Assembly (NCBI GenBank): GCA_964016885.1
Contig: OZ024740.1
Span: 148,428,001 to 148,492,000 of the forward strand
Length of the DNA stretch: 64,000 nucleotides
Source of the DNA: Eledone cirrhosa
Lineage: Eukaryota
Direction of reading: 5' to 3'
Below the pieces are notes generated by a model. It was not told the origin of the DNA, made no database searches, and worked only from the letters and a program-made list of their open reading frames with translations. Each line of letters begins with the position of its first letter. Position 1 is the stretch's first letter. Position numbers and translations under genes: made by a program. Of the stretch, positions 44,001 to 57,224 are shown piece by piece.

Positions 44001-45098
44001 AAAAGTTATTTCTTCAACTCAGACAATATTGGCCACAGATAACGGGGGAAGACTCTGATTAGTGACGGAGTTGAGCATTAGCCTCTTCCACATATATATT
44101 ATAGAGTTAACTATAATAAATAAGAACAGGCAACTCTTATCTTTCTCCTATGTGATTTGAGCCGGACATGCTTAAAGCAGAAACATGGATATAATATTTG
44201 TGCCTGTGCTCGCTTGAGCTGTTGCCAGAAACAGCTTCAGGAAAAAAGTGTACTCAGACTTAATACGAAAGGGCCTACGCTGTATGGGTGCAGTAGATAT
44301 TTGGGAAACGGGCAAAAAGAAGCGTGATTTCACAGAAGCACATGCATGGGGATGGCAGCTGACGAGGTACTTCCGAGGAGTCGAGCCACCGAAGTTTCAA
44401 CAGAGAAGAAAAACAAACAAACAGAAGAAGCAGAGCACGTATCTATGAGACAGCGGTTGAAATGTATTGGCGAATATTTTGGAAATATTAATCATGTGGT
44501 CGTTTTTTTGGATATTGTTCGAGACATTTGTGTAACTAGTAACAACAACGATCGAAATGTAGGAGCAGTATATGATTTTAGAATCTCCTCAGGGCCATGT
44601 GGACAGTTTGTAATTGTCGGTGCGGAAATTAATTTATTTCTCTGATGAGAAGGGCCAGTCATTGAGATGTTGCATTCGGTGTGCAACCTGCAATGTTATA
44701 CATACATACATAGCTTAATTGCTATGAATTCATGTTTTTTCTCTCGTCTGTTACTCCATTGACCAGCGTTTGGCTTGTGTCAGACGCTGTGACCCCAGAG
44801 GGACCAGCAGTACCGTTGTTAGGGATCGAAACTACCAACGTCCATCTCAACGGCCGATGACTCTGAAGTTCTGTCTTTCGTTTGTATTTTTATTTAAAAA
44901 ACAAACAAAACTTTTAAGATTCCTCTTAAATAATTGTTTTCCATTTTGCATTGTTTTCGTTCGTTGTCCTGTCATCTCTTTGTTAATTTTCCTTTATCAT
45001 TTATCATTTCATACATACACGTATACATATATCCATCTACACACACACACGCATATTTTATATATATATATGTGTGTGTGTATGTGTGTGAATATATG

Positions 45099-45212
<114 letters not shown>

Positions 45213-45396
45213 AATATATATATTCAGACGTATGTATGTATGTATACATATATATTGCTAGGGACTAATAACAAAAATGATACGTTGTAAAACATTAGAT
45301 TATTAACGCATATCAACCAGTGTGGAGTAATTTTTAAATATAATTGTATGTATACATACATACACATACACACACACACACATATATATATATATA

Positions 45397-45451
<55 letters not shown>

Positions 45452-45528
45452 GTATGTATCCAATCCGATCCTGTTAGAGGAACCCGTCCATACACACACC
45501 CACGCACACATATACATATAAATGTGTG

Positions 45529-45603
<75 letters not shown>

Positions 45604-45608
<5 letters not shown>

Positions 45609-46847
45609 CAGCTGTTTCGGACCATACCAAAATCAACATACTGATTGCGGATTTGGTACGGGTGATGAGAAACGTGTCCCGCATGTGCAACCCCGAAGAA
45701 CTAGAGAGACACATACAACACTTCATCCACCGTATGCAGTTCTCTGGCTACAATCAGAGAGACAAAATCAGAGTGTATAGAGGAGCCAGAACCAAATGGG
45801 AAAAAAATGGTAAATAATGACACAAATGGGACCTACCCCTTGTATAGGAGCAAATTTTGGAATAGAATAGAAAGAACTAGGAACAAGGCTAATAGAATAA
45901 ATTCATGGTATGATAGCAATAAATACCAGAGTGTAATGTTCATCGATACAACCCCTAGAGGTGAATTAGCTTACAAATTTAGAAGGGCCCTAGATAAACA
46001 TAAACTCAATATTAAGATAGTAGAAAGACCAGGTACCTCCATAAAAACACTTATTAGCAAGACATACCCTTTTCAAAGACCACCCTGTATAGATAAGAAA
46101 TGTATTACCTGTAAATTAAGCCACCATATTAACTGTAAAACTAGAAATGTAGTATATAGCATAAGATGTACTGAAGGACAATGTAGAGATAAAAATATAG
46201 TCTACATAGGTGAGACAGCTCGTAGTGTAGGGGAACGGATATATGAACACTGGCGAGACCTTCAAGATAGTAAAGAATCATCTGTACTCTACCAACATGC
46301 TAAAATAGAACATAAGAGTAAATTAGAGAACATAGAAATAAAAATAGAATCTACACACAGAAATGACGCAATGTTTAGACAAATCACAGAGGCAATAAAC
46401 ATAAAAGAATTACAACCAAAATTAAATAGAAAACATGAGTGGAACAGTAACATCACAACTTACAATTAAGGACAAAATGAAAACACACACGCACATAGAA
46501 CAAACAACCAACCAGGAACATGTAAATAAACAAATAAATAAACGAATATAAACACACACAGACACCCGGTTGTGGCGCATGCGCAGACTGAGCACACAAC
46601 ACACACACAGAAACAAGATGGCGTAGGACAGAACAAAGGAGAGGCATAAAAACAAAGAAAAGAATCCCCAGTCACTGAAGAGGTCACAGAATGTGTGACG
46701 AAAGAACTTTGACAATATATAAACAACCATCTGGTTGTGGAACCAACCAACCAACCGGAAATTTATAAATTTATTATAATAAATTGAAGTGAAAGCGTGT
46801 GGTGCGTGTGTTTCTTATTGGCACCATGACCCTCCCAAAGTATAACA

Positions 46848-46855
<8 letters not shown>
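45604..46855 (+). mobile_element. 5'-truncated Penelope-like element (probably Naiad clade) inserted in (TA)n: RT thumb/linker, GIY-YIG endonuclease and a 3' pLTR with a hammerhead
   Basis: RMQFSGY, PLYRSKFW, CIDKKCITC..C zinc motif, NVVYSIRC..VYIGETARS..R..EH, conserved His residues and LN..EW end. One extra A in the run at 45801-45807 splits the ORF. (TA)n on both sides. Hammerhead at 46671. Clade assignment is from recalled motif patterns. Confidence 0.85.
46671..46713 (+). ncRNA. Hammerhead in the 3' pLTR of the Naiad-like PLE
   Basis: GUCA CUGAAGA g[GUCACA gaaug UGUGAC] GAAA GAAC UU^UGAC. Confidence 0.72.
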
Positions 46856-46879
<24 letters not shown>

Positions 46880-46881
46880 GT

Positions 46882-46956
<75 letters not shown>

Positions 46957-47201
46957 GCGAGAATTGCATTTCGGCGGGTAGAAAAAGCGAAACGAAACGC
47001 AAAATCAAAGTCATGCTGGCAAGCGCTCAATAGTTAAAAAAACCAGAGCTAAACATATGTTAAAACGCCATACAAACTGAAAAAGTGGTCAAGAAGGCAT
47101 TAACCACCTAAGCCAAAAAACAAATCAAGCTAAACAGGCCAAAGAAAATAAATGATAAAAACGATATATATATATAAAAATGATATATATATATATATAT
47201 A

Positions 47202-47483
47202 TAACGAAGAAAGTGTGGTCAGGAACCAAGTGGACCATAACGCACCAGAGTACTCGATACTTAGGGTAGTAGAGTGGGTAATAGGAAAAGAGTCAGGACC
47301 CCGACGGCTGAGCTCCGGCCGTTTCGGATCTAGCTGTCGAAACGGCCGGAGCTCAGCCGTCAGGGTCCTGTCGCTTTTCCTATATAAGACCCTTGAACTT
47401 CTTCCTATTACCCACTCTACTACCCTAAGTATCGAGTACTCTGGTGCGTTATGGTCCATCAGATTCCTTACCACACTTCTTTC
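47202..47483. mobile_element. Family F insert, palindromic with tails on both sides
   Basis: Tail(-), hairpin, tail(+). Confidence 0.75.
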
Positions 47484-47517
<34 letters not shown>

Positions 47518-47557
47518 ATAGAAAGATTTGAATGGATACAGTTTAGTTAAAAGGAGT

Positions 47558-47678
47558 TTATTGACACGTGTTTCTATAACAGTTACATAACCTGAAAACA
47601 GCTGCTATCTACAAAGTATTAGTTATGCAGACATTCAATATTTCAATGTCATTATCAACTGTCATTTCATCGGAATAA
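47558..47678 (-). ncRNA. Hammerhead motif with a very long stem II insertion
   Basis: UUAUU CCGAUGA a[AUGACAGUUG..~70 nt..UAACUGUUAU]a GAAA CACGUG UC^AAUAA; palindromic stem III and GUC site; U4>C in the core. Confidence 0.65.
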
Positions 47679-48201
47679 TTTTACTGGGGACCTGTTTGGT
47701 TTTTATAGAGAATATTAGGAGGGAGGGGTGAAGTTGTTAGAAGAATAGTTGAGGGAGTGGTTTTTTGATAGCAGTGAGAATTTTTGGTGGCAGTGAGTAA
47801 TTAGATTCCCATCTGTTGTTTTGACATTTTTATAGAATATATTATTGGTTATTTTTCTAAATCTATAGAAGGATTAGAGATAGTATAGATATGCGTGGTT
47901 GGTTTTGTGTTTGCACTTAATTAACATTCAGACTTAAATTTTTCTTTCAAGTGTACGTATCCTTTCGCCCACGCATTCACACACAAACATATATGCACAC
48001 TTCTACAAAATACATATACTCACATTCACATACTTACATGCTCATACTTACATACATATACACATGCATACATATATATATACACACATATATACATGTA
48101 CATACATACGCGTTCATGTGTATACATTTTCATACTCAACTTATCTTTATATACACACGTATAGACACACACATATATACATACATACTCCAGTCTATGT
48201 G

Positions 48202-48335
<134 letters not shown>

Positions 48336-49164
48336 CACTTTAATACATGAATACACTTACATCTAACTATACACATCAAACATATATATATATTTACTTA
48401 TTTATATACATTTTCACATATATAAACATACTTATGGTCGCTTTTAGACACATTCATTATCGCATATTTGCACCTATTCTCATCAGCATATCTTTCCATT
48501 ATTAGTGTGGTAATTTAAGGTTATTAATATACATATATATGTTCAGAAGAGACAGTTTTTATATTTTTCTAGCTAGATTGAGGTTTATATATTTGGGGGG
48601 ATGTCCCTCTTTTATGTAATATTCAGCTTGTAGTGGGAAAAAAAGGGTTTTAGTTCGGTGACGGCAGAATAATGTTCGTTCAATTCTGTTATTCAGCAAT
48701 TACCTCTTGTGTGTGATTATGTAATAAATCTCAAGATTACACAATTTGCAGAAATTTTGGCTCCTGGAAAAGCTTTGGGTTTTAGCTAATTTCTCCCATT
48801 TTAGGGTAAACTTTTGATCGCTATCCCTGAGCGTCCAAGCTTTTTCTGCTAAAGTTGTTACATTTCTTTGGCTCTGGTGTTTTATTGAGTAAGAATGCCT
48901 ATATAATCGAGATTTATATATATATATACGTAGACAACGAAGGGTATGTGCATAAACGCACCTACACCGTGTCGTGTTTGTGACAGAATTGTATTAGCTC
49001 AATGTACAATAACAGAACCATTATATAAAATATATCGCTTTTTCGTCTTCATCCACTTATTCCTGAGATGAATATATATACGTATATATATATACGTATA
49101 TATATTGTTGGCTAATAAAGACTTTTGATGTATTGAAAGCCTCTTTGTTTATTTTTTATAATAC

Positions 49165-49216
<52 letters not shown>

Positions 49217-49254
49217 ATATATATATACGTTTATATATATATATATATATATAT

Positions 49255-49362
49255 AGAAAGAAGTGTGGTAGGGAACCTGATGGACCATAACGCACCAGAG
49301 TACTCGATACTTAGGGTAGTAGAGTGGGTAATAGGAATAAGTTCAAGGCTATTGAACTTTTT

Positions 49363-49397
<35 letters not shown>

Positions 49398-49572
49398 AAC
49401 AAGTAAGACCCCGACGGCTGAGCTCAAGCCGTTTCGACGGCTAATTCTGGACTGAAACGTCTTGAGCTCAGCCGTCGGGGTCTTACTTTTTCCTATTACC
49501 CACTCTACTACCCTAAGTATTGAGTACTTTGGTGCGTTATGGTCCACCTGGTTCCTTACCACATTTCCTTCG

Positions 49573-49574
<2 letters not shown>
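49255..49574. mobile_element. Two family F pieces: tail(-), (TA)n, then hairpin plus tail(+)
   Basis: Same family sequences as above. Confidence 0.72.
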
Positions 49575-49618
<44 letters not shown>

Positions 49619-49659
49619 ATACTTGGGGAGGCTCATATTGTTGTAATAATATTGCCAGA

Positions 49660-49852
49660 AATAATAACTGTTTCTACTTTAGGCACAAGGCCAGCAATTA
49701 CCCAGTTCATTACTGGTACTTTATTTTATCGACCCCGTAAGGATGAAAGGCAAAGTCAACCTCGGCGGGATTTGAACTCAGATCGTAAAGGGACGTAACT
49801 ATGCTGGAAAGCATGGCGTCCGACCCTCTACCGATACTGCCAATCCACCCCA
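49660..49852 (-). mobile_element. SINE copy nested in a Naiad-type pLTR remnant
   Basis: Full reverse-complement SINE; both flanks belong to the PLE remnant 49610-50050. Confidence 0.8.
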
Positions 49853-49987
49853 TATAATAACAGAACACACTCACTGTTTGGTCGGTTTTCGCTTCAGTAT
49901 CTTTTATATCTCCACAGTTAATTCATTTGGTCCTCAATGTTTATCATTGACTGACCAACGGACAAAAATACAGATATAATATAGTCT

Positions 49988-50029
49988 AACAAAGTTCTTT
50001 CGTTGCACATTTGAAACATCATCAGTGGT
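49988..50029 (-). ncRNA. Naiad-type hammerhead motif
   Basis: ACCA CUGAUGA u[GUUUCA aaug UGCAAC] GAAA GAAC UU^UGUU. Confidence 0.6.
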
Positions 50030-50153
50030 ACTATTATGTCTACGCCGTTATATATATATATGTATTGTTATACTTGGGGAGGGTTTATATATGACCCCCC
50101 CCCACCACCAAGTATAACAATACATATATATATAACGGCGTAGACATGATAGT

Positions 50154-50193
50154 ACCATTGATGATGTTGCAGATGCGCAACGAAAGAACTTTG

Positions 50194-50195
<2 letters not shown>
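50154..50195 (+). ncRNA. Naiad-type hammerhead motif (inverted partner of 49988)
   Basis: ACCA UUGAUGA u[GUUGC agaugc GCAAC] GAAA GAAC UU^UGUU. Confidence 0.55.
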
Positions 50196-50254
<59 letters not shown>

Positions 50255-50293
50255 TATCATCTTCTAGAAGCATATTGATATAGTTATTCTATA

Positions 50294-50373
50294 TTTCTTC
50301 TTCTTCTTCTTCTTCTTCTTCTTCTTCTTCTTCTTCTTCTTCTCCGCCTCCTCCTCATCACCACTCCTTCTTA

Positions 50374-50438
<65 letters not shown>

Positions 50439-50460
50439 TCTATCTATCTATCTATCTATT
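50294..50460. repeat. Compound microsatellite (TTC)n-(CTA)n-(TCTA)n at the Tx1 insertion site
   Basis: Direct inspection. Confidence 0.95.
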
Positions 50461-50706
50461 TCATTATATAAAATAATCTAGCTGTCGTCTGTTCGACAGC
50501 GTAGACGTAATTCACTTCGCGCAGAAGTTTTGTTCCAATTTGTTGCGGAAATTTTAGTAAGTTTAATTTTAATTTTGATACTATTGTGTAGCTTGACCCC
50601 CCTTCTGAACTGTCAGGCGGTGGGTCAGCTCATCTTCGCCCCTCCCAGGGGTGAAAAACCTGTTTTTAAAAATTTTGTGGCATAACATTTCAATCGTCTA
50701 GCAGAA

Positions 50707-52635
50707 ATGTTAAACGAAGCTTACGAAAATAGTGGTGGGGGGACAGCGGTAAGAGTTGTAAGCTCGTACGCGTCAGGCCCCCCCCCTTCCTTCCCAACTA
50801 ACGTCATAGAGAAGGAAAGAAAAAATAAAATAAAAACAGACGAATGTGCGGAGAAAAATGACGAAAACACAAATCTGGAGATTGATTCCAACAACAACAA
50901 AAATTTGAAAGAATTGCATGACAATATTAATACCACAAACAAAGAAACAACAAACACAAAAATAACATTTGAAAAGAACATCATAACAGAAAGCAAAACA
51001 GACGACAAAGTCAACACCAATAATATCTCATTTGCACAAACAACAAAAAGTCTTTAACATATATACCTGAAAATATTTCAGATGTGGCACAAAGAATAAA
51101 AAACGCCAAACAATACATAACTCAAGGGGAAAATGGAACCTTATCGGTAAAAATGCCCCAAGAACTCACCAAAGATATTGAAAGTCGGACGTTCGTTTTC
51201 CGCACCATCAACAACATCTCAAAAAAACCTCAACAACCAACACAAGCAGAAATTAAAGCAGTACTTAGAGAAGTACTTAATGAAGCCACTTTCATAAGAA
51301 GAGACATGCTGTATGGAAGCCTAGCCATTATTATGAAGAACGAATCAGCGGCAAAAAAATATGCTTTGTCGCCGATTCGTTCGACAAATTTTACCTTTTA
51401 TCCATCTTATATGGGTAAAAGAACTCAGCGCATATGGCTGGATGCGATGATGCCAGATATGGACTACTGCTGGCTCATAGCTGGCTTCATTGATCCAGCG
51501 AATGACAACGTGATTTCCATTGGGAAAACCACAGGCAATGCGTTCAGTGGAACAGGTATAGAACTTGTAGTGCAAATAAAGCCTGAACGCATTGCCCAAA
51601 TACCCGACAGAATCCTATTAGAGGGCCACGGGTATATAAACATTAGCGTGGAGGGGAGAAGGCCGTCCTGTCATATCTGTGCAGGCAGAGGGCACCTGAA
51701 GGCGGCTTGTCCCCAACTCAACAAGAAGAAAACCCTGCTACCAACACCAGCTCCACCACCACCACCACAACAGATAAACAAACAACAAAACTCAGTCCCA
51801 CCAAACCCGTCCCTCAGTAAAACTACACCACCACCACAACACAAACAGACACAACACATTACCCAAAAACAAAACACAGTCCCACCCAACCCCTCACTCA
51901 ATAAAACAACACAACCACCGCAGCCACAACACACAACACAGTCTAACATAGTGACATCTATCTCCCCCACAAAGAAAACCAACAAACATACCTCTTCCCT
52001 CCAACACTGAAGATAACCCAACGAATTCGGAGGAAGAAACGGAGTCCTTCAGACAAATTAAAAGGAAAATAAGAAAACATGTGCAAAACACACAAGGCCA
52101 AACAGCCCCTACCCAAATGGCAACACAATCCAACAAAACACAAAACACCCCTCCAGCAACAAACAAAACCAAACCTGCCCCCCCCCCCCTCTTCGAAACA
52201 CTCACACCATCCGAAAAAAAGACATTACATTATACTTACATCAACAGAAACAATAATAAATTAAATGAACTCATAAACAATAACCCTTCGGTACAAACCG
52301 AAGGGGTAAACTTGGTTTCTTCAGAAAACTACCCACATTTAAAATTAATAAATATCCCAATGAACCTCTACCAAAAACTAAAAAAGGATTTTAAGGAGGA
52401 CGTAGGACCACCCTCTGTCAAACCCATAAACCGCGTCCTCCTAAAAAGCTTTCACCCTCCCCTTCCCCTCCCCAACACAACTCCAAACACTCCAACCCCA
52501 CCACACACTGACGACCCCACACCACCACAAGACACCCCTTCACCCAACACCCCCGACCCCATGGATGTCGTGCGACCCGAACCCCGGGAAGCAGAAAGGA
52601 AGGTCTCTACACTCTCCATTGGCTTTGCCGCACAC
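50707..52635 (+). pseudogene. ORF1 (gag-like) of the Tx1-like LINE, broken into several frames
   Basis: ORF pieces 50707-51057, 51084-52010 and 52081 onward. CCHC knuckle CHICAGRGHLKAACP is followed by a Pro/Thr/Gln-rich region. Confidence 0.75.
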
Positions 52636-55600
52636 ATGGATGTGTTAAGAGTAGGATGTTTGAATGCACGTGGCCTGGGCTCAACTTGGAAGCAAGCAAA
52701 GCTTCTAAATGACCTCAGGTCACGTCGTATAAATGTAATGGTTATCTGTGAGACTCGGATCAGCGTCGTGCGGCAGCTGGCCCCTACCTTCGATGACTTT
52801 GAGGTGCATGCATCTCTCTGTCAACCTGGAGGTGGGGGTGGGGTTGTCGTACTGCTGGAAAAAAACCTGGGTCTCGCCGTACAGGTTGTTCACTCGGACC
52901 CGGAAGGTCGTTTGTTGGTGCTAGACGTTGGCAGTAGTGGAGGTGCGGCCTTGAGACTGGTTGCCGTCTACTCCCCTTTCGGAGCTGAACGACCCGACTT
53001 CTTCCAGCGTCTGGAGACTTTTCTGGGAACGTCGCGTTCCCTGCTTCTAGCGGGGGATTGGAATGACATCCTAGATGCACGTTGGGACTATGCAGGAGCA
53101 TGTCCTAATAGAGGGGGTGTAACAGCCTCAAGGGGTTACTCGACCTTTTTAACTTGGTCGATAGATATCGACTAGATTTTCCAACTGTGCCAACCTGGAC
53201 TTGGACGAACCATAGTGGTCAATCTAGATCGTACTTAGATAGATTCTTAGTTAGAAGTAAGGATAGGGACATATTAAGCTGTCCAGAAATGCTCACGTTT
53301 GGCTATACAGATCACAAATTAGTGACCTGCGTAGTCAATCTCGAGAAAACACATAGACAGGGTCCCGGTTACTGGAAACTTAATTTGTCTTTACCGGCAA
53401 AAGAGGCTTACAGAAACCGGATTAGCAGATTAGTTAAGGAGAGGTTGACGGGTGCAATCGTCAACAACCGATGGTGGGCATCTCTCAAGAGAGAGATTAG
53501 AACAGAATCAATAAGTTATAGCGAGATGTTAGCTGCCGATAGGAATAGGAACGAGAAAGAATTAACAGGTAAATTAGAAGAGGAAATCAAGAGCGAAGAT
53601 GTGGCCAGAGTGCTGGCATCGAGGACGGCCTTGAGCCAGTTTTTCGATGCAAAGCACGAAGGCTGCGTCATTCGACGTAAAATACGTGCTCTAGGTAATG
53701 AGGGGGCCAAAGCCGTTGGCTGGGCCCGCGTGACAGATGCTAAGAGTGGAAATCGATCCACCATCCGGTCTTTGCAAGACGAGGATGGACGGGTGATCCG
53801 GGAGCCTAAGCAGATGTGCGAGGCCTTTCAAAGGCACTTTGCCCGATTGTTCGGGGGAGGCGAGGATCCGGGCGGGGACGTGGATTTCGGTCCATACCTC
53901 GACGGCCTGCCGCGTCTCTCGAGCGAAGAGGCAGAATCGTGCGAGGGACCAATCTCGGCTGATGAGATTGGGGATGCGCTGAGCCAATGCAGCAGACGCA
54001 AATCTCCAGGTCTCGATGGTATACCTTACGACTTTATTTAGCAATGCCAGTCTTCTTCTCCGAACTCCTCGAAGCAGTCTACTGCAATTGGCAGCAGAAC
54101 GGGAGAATTCCTTGTTCTGTAGCCAAGGGCGTAGTCTCGCTGGTGAGGAAGGACGAGAACAAGGGGGATAGTATAAATAATTTTCGGCCCATAACCCTGC
54201 TAAACACAGAGTTAAAGATTTTGGCCAAGGTGTTAGCAAAGAGGTTGGCGCTTGTCGTGGGTGGCCTGGTGGGAGATGCGCAGACATGTGCTATCCCATC
54301 CAGGTCCATTCACGATAACCTCCACCTCATGCGATACATCATAGAGAGGGTTGGCAACAAACCCGGCTTCGGTGGGGCCCTGATCAACTTGGATCAGTCT
54401 AAGGCCTTCGATAGGGTCGACCATGGTTACCTGGATGCGGTGCTAGCGGCGGCTGGGTTCGGTCCTGTTTTCAGAGGCTGGATCACTGCCTTACATAGCA
54501 ACCACATCTGTTCTAGGATCAAGGTGAACGGCTACCTTTCGAAGCCGTTCGAAATCACACGATCCATTCGACAGGGGTGCCCTCTCTCCTCTCTTCTGTA
54601 CGTATTGACTCTCGAGCCTTTACTGAGGAAGTTGGAGTTGTTGCAGGGTATCCCCCTGGAACCAGGATTGAGCAAAGCGGTGTCGGCCTACGCCGATGAC
54701 GTAACAGTAATGGTATCGACCGACTCGGAGATCGAGGCGATCGGTACCTTACTGGAGGAATACGGAAGGTTGTCAGGAGCGAAACTGAACCGGGAAAAAT
54801 CCATCGGGCTGCAACTCGGAACGTGGAGAGGCAGACCGATGCCTCCCGACGGTGTCGTCAGACACTGGACGGAGGGCCCGGTGAATTTGCTTGGGGTCTG
54901 GTTTGGACCGGACCTCCAGGTGGAAAACAACTGGGGCGAGGTTACGAACAAGGTGTTTGCACTAACCCAGAAATGGGCCAAGTGTAAGCTGTCCCTAAAA
55001 TGTCGGGCGGAGGTGGCGAACATTTACATAGTGTCCGTCACTTACTACCGCCTGACTGTCGTGCCTTGCCCTAAGGAAACACTCACCACCATGGAACGCA
55101 TGCTCTTTCAATTTCTTTGGAAGAAGCGCCCTCCTATGGTGAGAAGATCCATCTGATGCCAACAACCTTCGAAAGGAGGGCTGGGGATGCCGTGGTTGAT
55201 GATGCGTAGGCACGCATTAAGGCTACGGCACCTACAGGTATTCCTCACTGGTCAACCTGTGTGGGCTCCGTTCGTGAAACGAGCCTTTCCGAGACTCGTC
55301 TCGCTCACTGAGCTGCAGTCCTGGGTCAAGCAAAGATCCGGAAAACTGGGAGACTAGCACACTGAGTGTGCCCAGGAGCTCAGTCTCTCTGGCAAGCGTA
55401 CCCGGCCATCGGTGGAGAATCCACCTCGTCATTCTATAGAGGGCTGGTGGCTAGCAGGGGCGATGTCACCCTTGGAGAGTCGCTGGGCATGGAGGAGGAC
55501 GAACTGGCCAGCCTGTTCGGTAGGACTTTCGGCCCGGGACCAATGGACAACTTTCAGAAGTCACTGGCCTGGCAGTGCTACCGGGGGGCTCTACCCGTTC

Positions 55601-56070
55601 GAGAGAGGCTCTACAGACACGGGCGCCCGGGCAGGGATCCCTCGAAAAAGATTTGCCCTAGATGCCTGCGTCACGAAGAAACCGTTGCGCACGCATTGGT
55701 GCACTGTCCGGGCGTGGCTGATCTGTGGGGCTACGCCGAACGACTGCTGTCGCGGGTGGCTCCGATTCGATTGACCGCCGAGTCCGTGATGACAATCAAT
55801 CCGCCTCCCCTCTTCACAAAGGAAGCAAAGGCGGTTTTTCTGTGCATAATAGCCATGTTGAAAGAGGTTGTTTGGTGGACACGATTGAAAGGTCTGAGGT
55901 CAGGCAACTTCCTCTCTGGCCATAGTCTGGTCTACTTCTTCCGATATCACTTCGGAAGAAGGATAAGAATGGAGAGAGAGGTGCTTGGCCACAGGCAGTT
56001 TTATGAAAGGTGGGTGATAGTGGCGAGAATGGCTCGTATAAATGGGCCTCCTCTGTATACCATCCTGTAG
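52636..56070 (+). pseudogene. ORF2 of the Tx1-like LINE: AP endonuclease, reverse transcriptase and C-terminal zinc finger, frameshifted
   Basis: APE motifs GCLNARGL, ICETR, AGDWN, SYLDRFL, TDHK. Linker GPGYWKLN. RT motifs KSPGLDG, FRPITLLN, LDQSKAFDRV, RQGCPLS, YADD. C-terminal CPRC..ETVAHALVHC. Confidence 0.92.
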
Positions 56071-57224
56071 GTAAAGAAGTGAAGGAGAGGGGAGCACCTT
56101 CTCCATGTGCTCCCTGGGCAAAGGATTGCACACTTTTTCGAGGGTGTGTGCAACCCCCATCACGTCCCCTCCCTTTTGAGGTTGTTTTTGATTATTTTCA
56201 TTTTATACCCTTTTTACTCGGTTTTATGTAAACTCCCCCTTTGTATTTGTCCCTTCTTTTTATACCTTTATGGTAAATAAAGAAATATATCTATTTCATT
56301 ATATAATGCATATTTAAATCTCCTAACCCTAACTTTTCAATAATAAACAATGATGGACATTAATACAAGTACTTCAATGAATCAAGGGGGGAAAATCACT
56401 TTGCTGCATCCATTATTATTTCAGAGGCCTTTTGCAACATAGCCTCTTCTAGAATACATTTCTCTGGATCATATTATGTTTGATAGGAATATTACCAGTC
56501 AATCAATTCAGTAGACCTTGTTGTAGATGTTCTTTAGCTCTAGGTCATCATAATCCAGTAGGCCTATGTTCAGAAGCCTTTCAGTGGGAGGGGAATTATC
56601 TGTCTCATTTTTTTTATCCAGTCATAATGTATTTACGACAATATTAACCAATATCACTACGATAAACTGTGCTAGACGAGTCAGTTTTCTAAAACGGTAG
56701 GGTGTGATGTGAGATAATTTTAGCTGCTAATTATAGCGGCATGAACGACCCCCTAGAGCCTTCATACTTTGTTGTAATTGTTATTGTTGTGGAGCTTCAG
56801 ATCAATTAGGATAGACCAGACATGTGATAAAAATAAACTGCCCAAGACAATTCCCACGTCAATTCCCTATGTGCTAGCAACCGTTGAGCACATTATCTAA
56901 TGCGAACTTTTCTAACGACTTGAGAAATCTTTGACCGCTATATTTCAGTTCGCGTAAACATGTATAAGCGTCGCCAGTTACCCTTGTATAATAGATGATG
57001 TTAAAAGGTAATGTGATATACCATCTAACCGTATAAACTATTTTTGTTGTAAGTTACCATATCACTTTAATGGACATCTACTACATGTTTTCAATCAATT
57101 AGTGATCAATTAATACGTAGCTAACCGATCACACCCTGCTGATTCTATCGAATATAGTGTGAAAAATATTTTGATCAACGTTTGAACCTACATGCACTAA
57201 ACAAAAGCTACCAATTGGTAAAAT

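Larger units (their letters stand above)
50472..56287 (+). mobile_element. Near full-length Tx1-like (L1 clade) non-LTR retrotransposon, with frameshifts and stops
   Basis: 19-bp TSD TATCTATTTCATTATATAA at 50453-50471 and 56288-56306. ORF1 has a zinc knuckle and ORF2 has APE-RT-CCHC domains. The element ends in AATAAAGAAA. Confidence 0.93.

Noticed and set aside
44635-44690. CTGATGAG motif
   Set aside because: No downstream GAAA and no stems.
45604-46660. Possible selenocysteine recoding, as reported for some Naiad elements
   Set aside because: No in-frame TGA in the retained ORF and no recognisable SECIS; the only break is a +1 A in a homopolymer.
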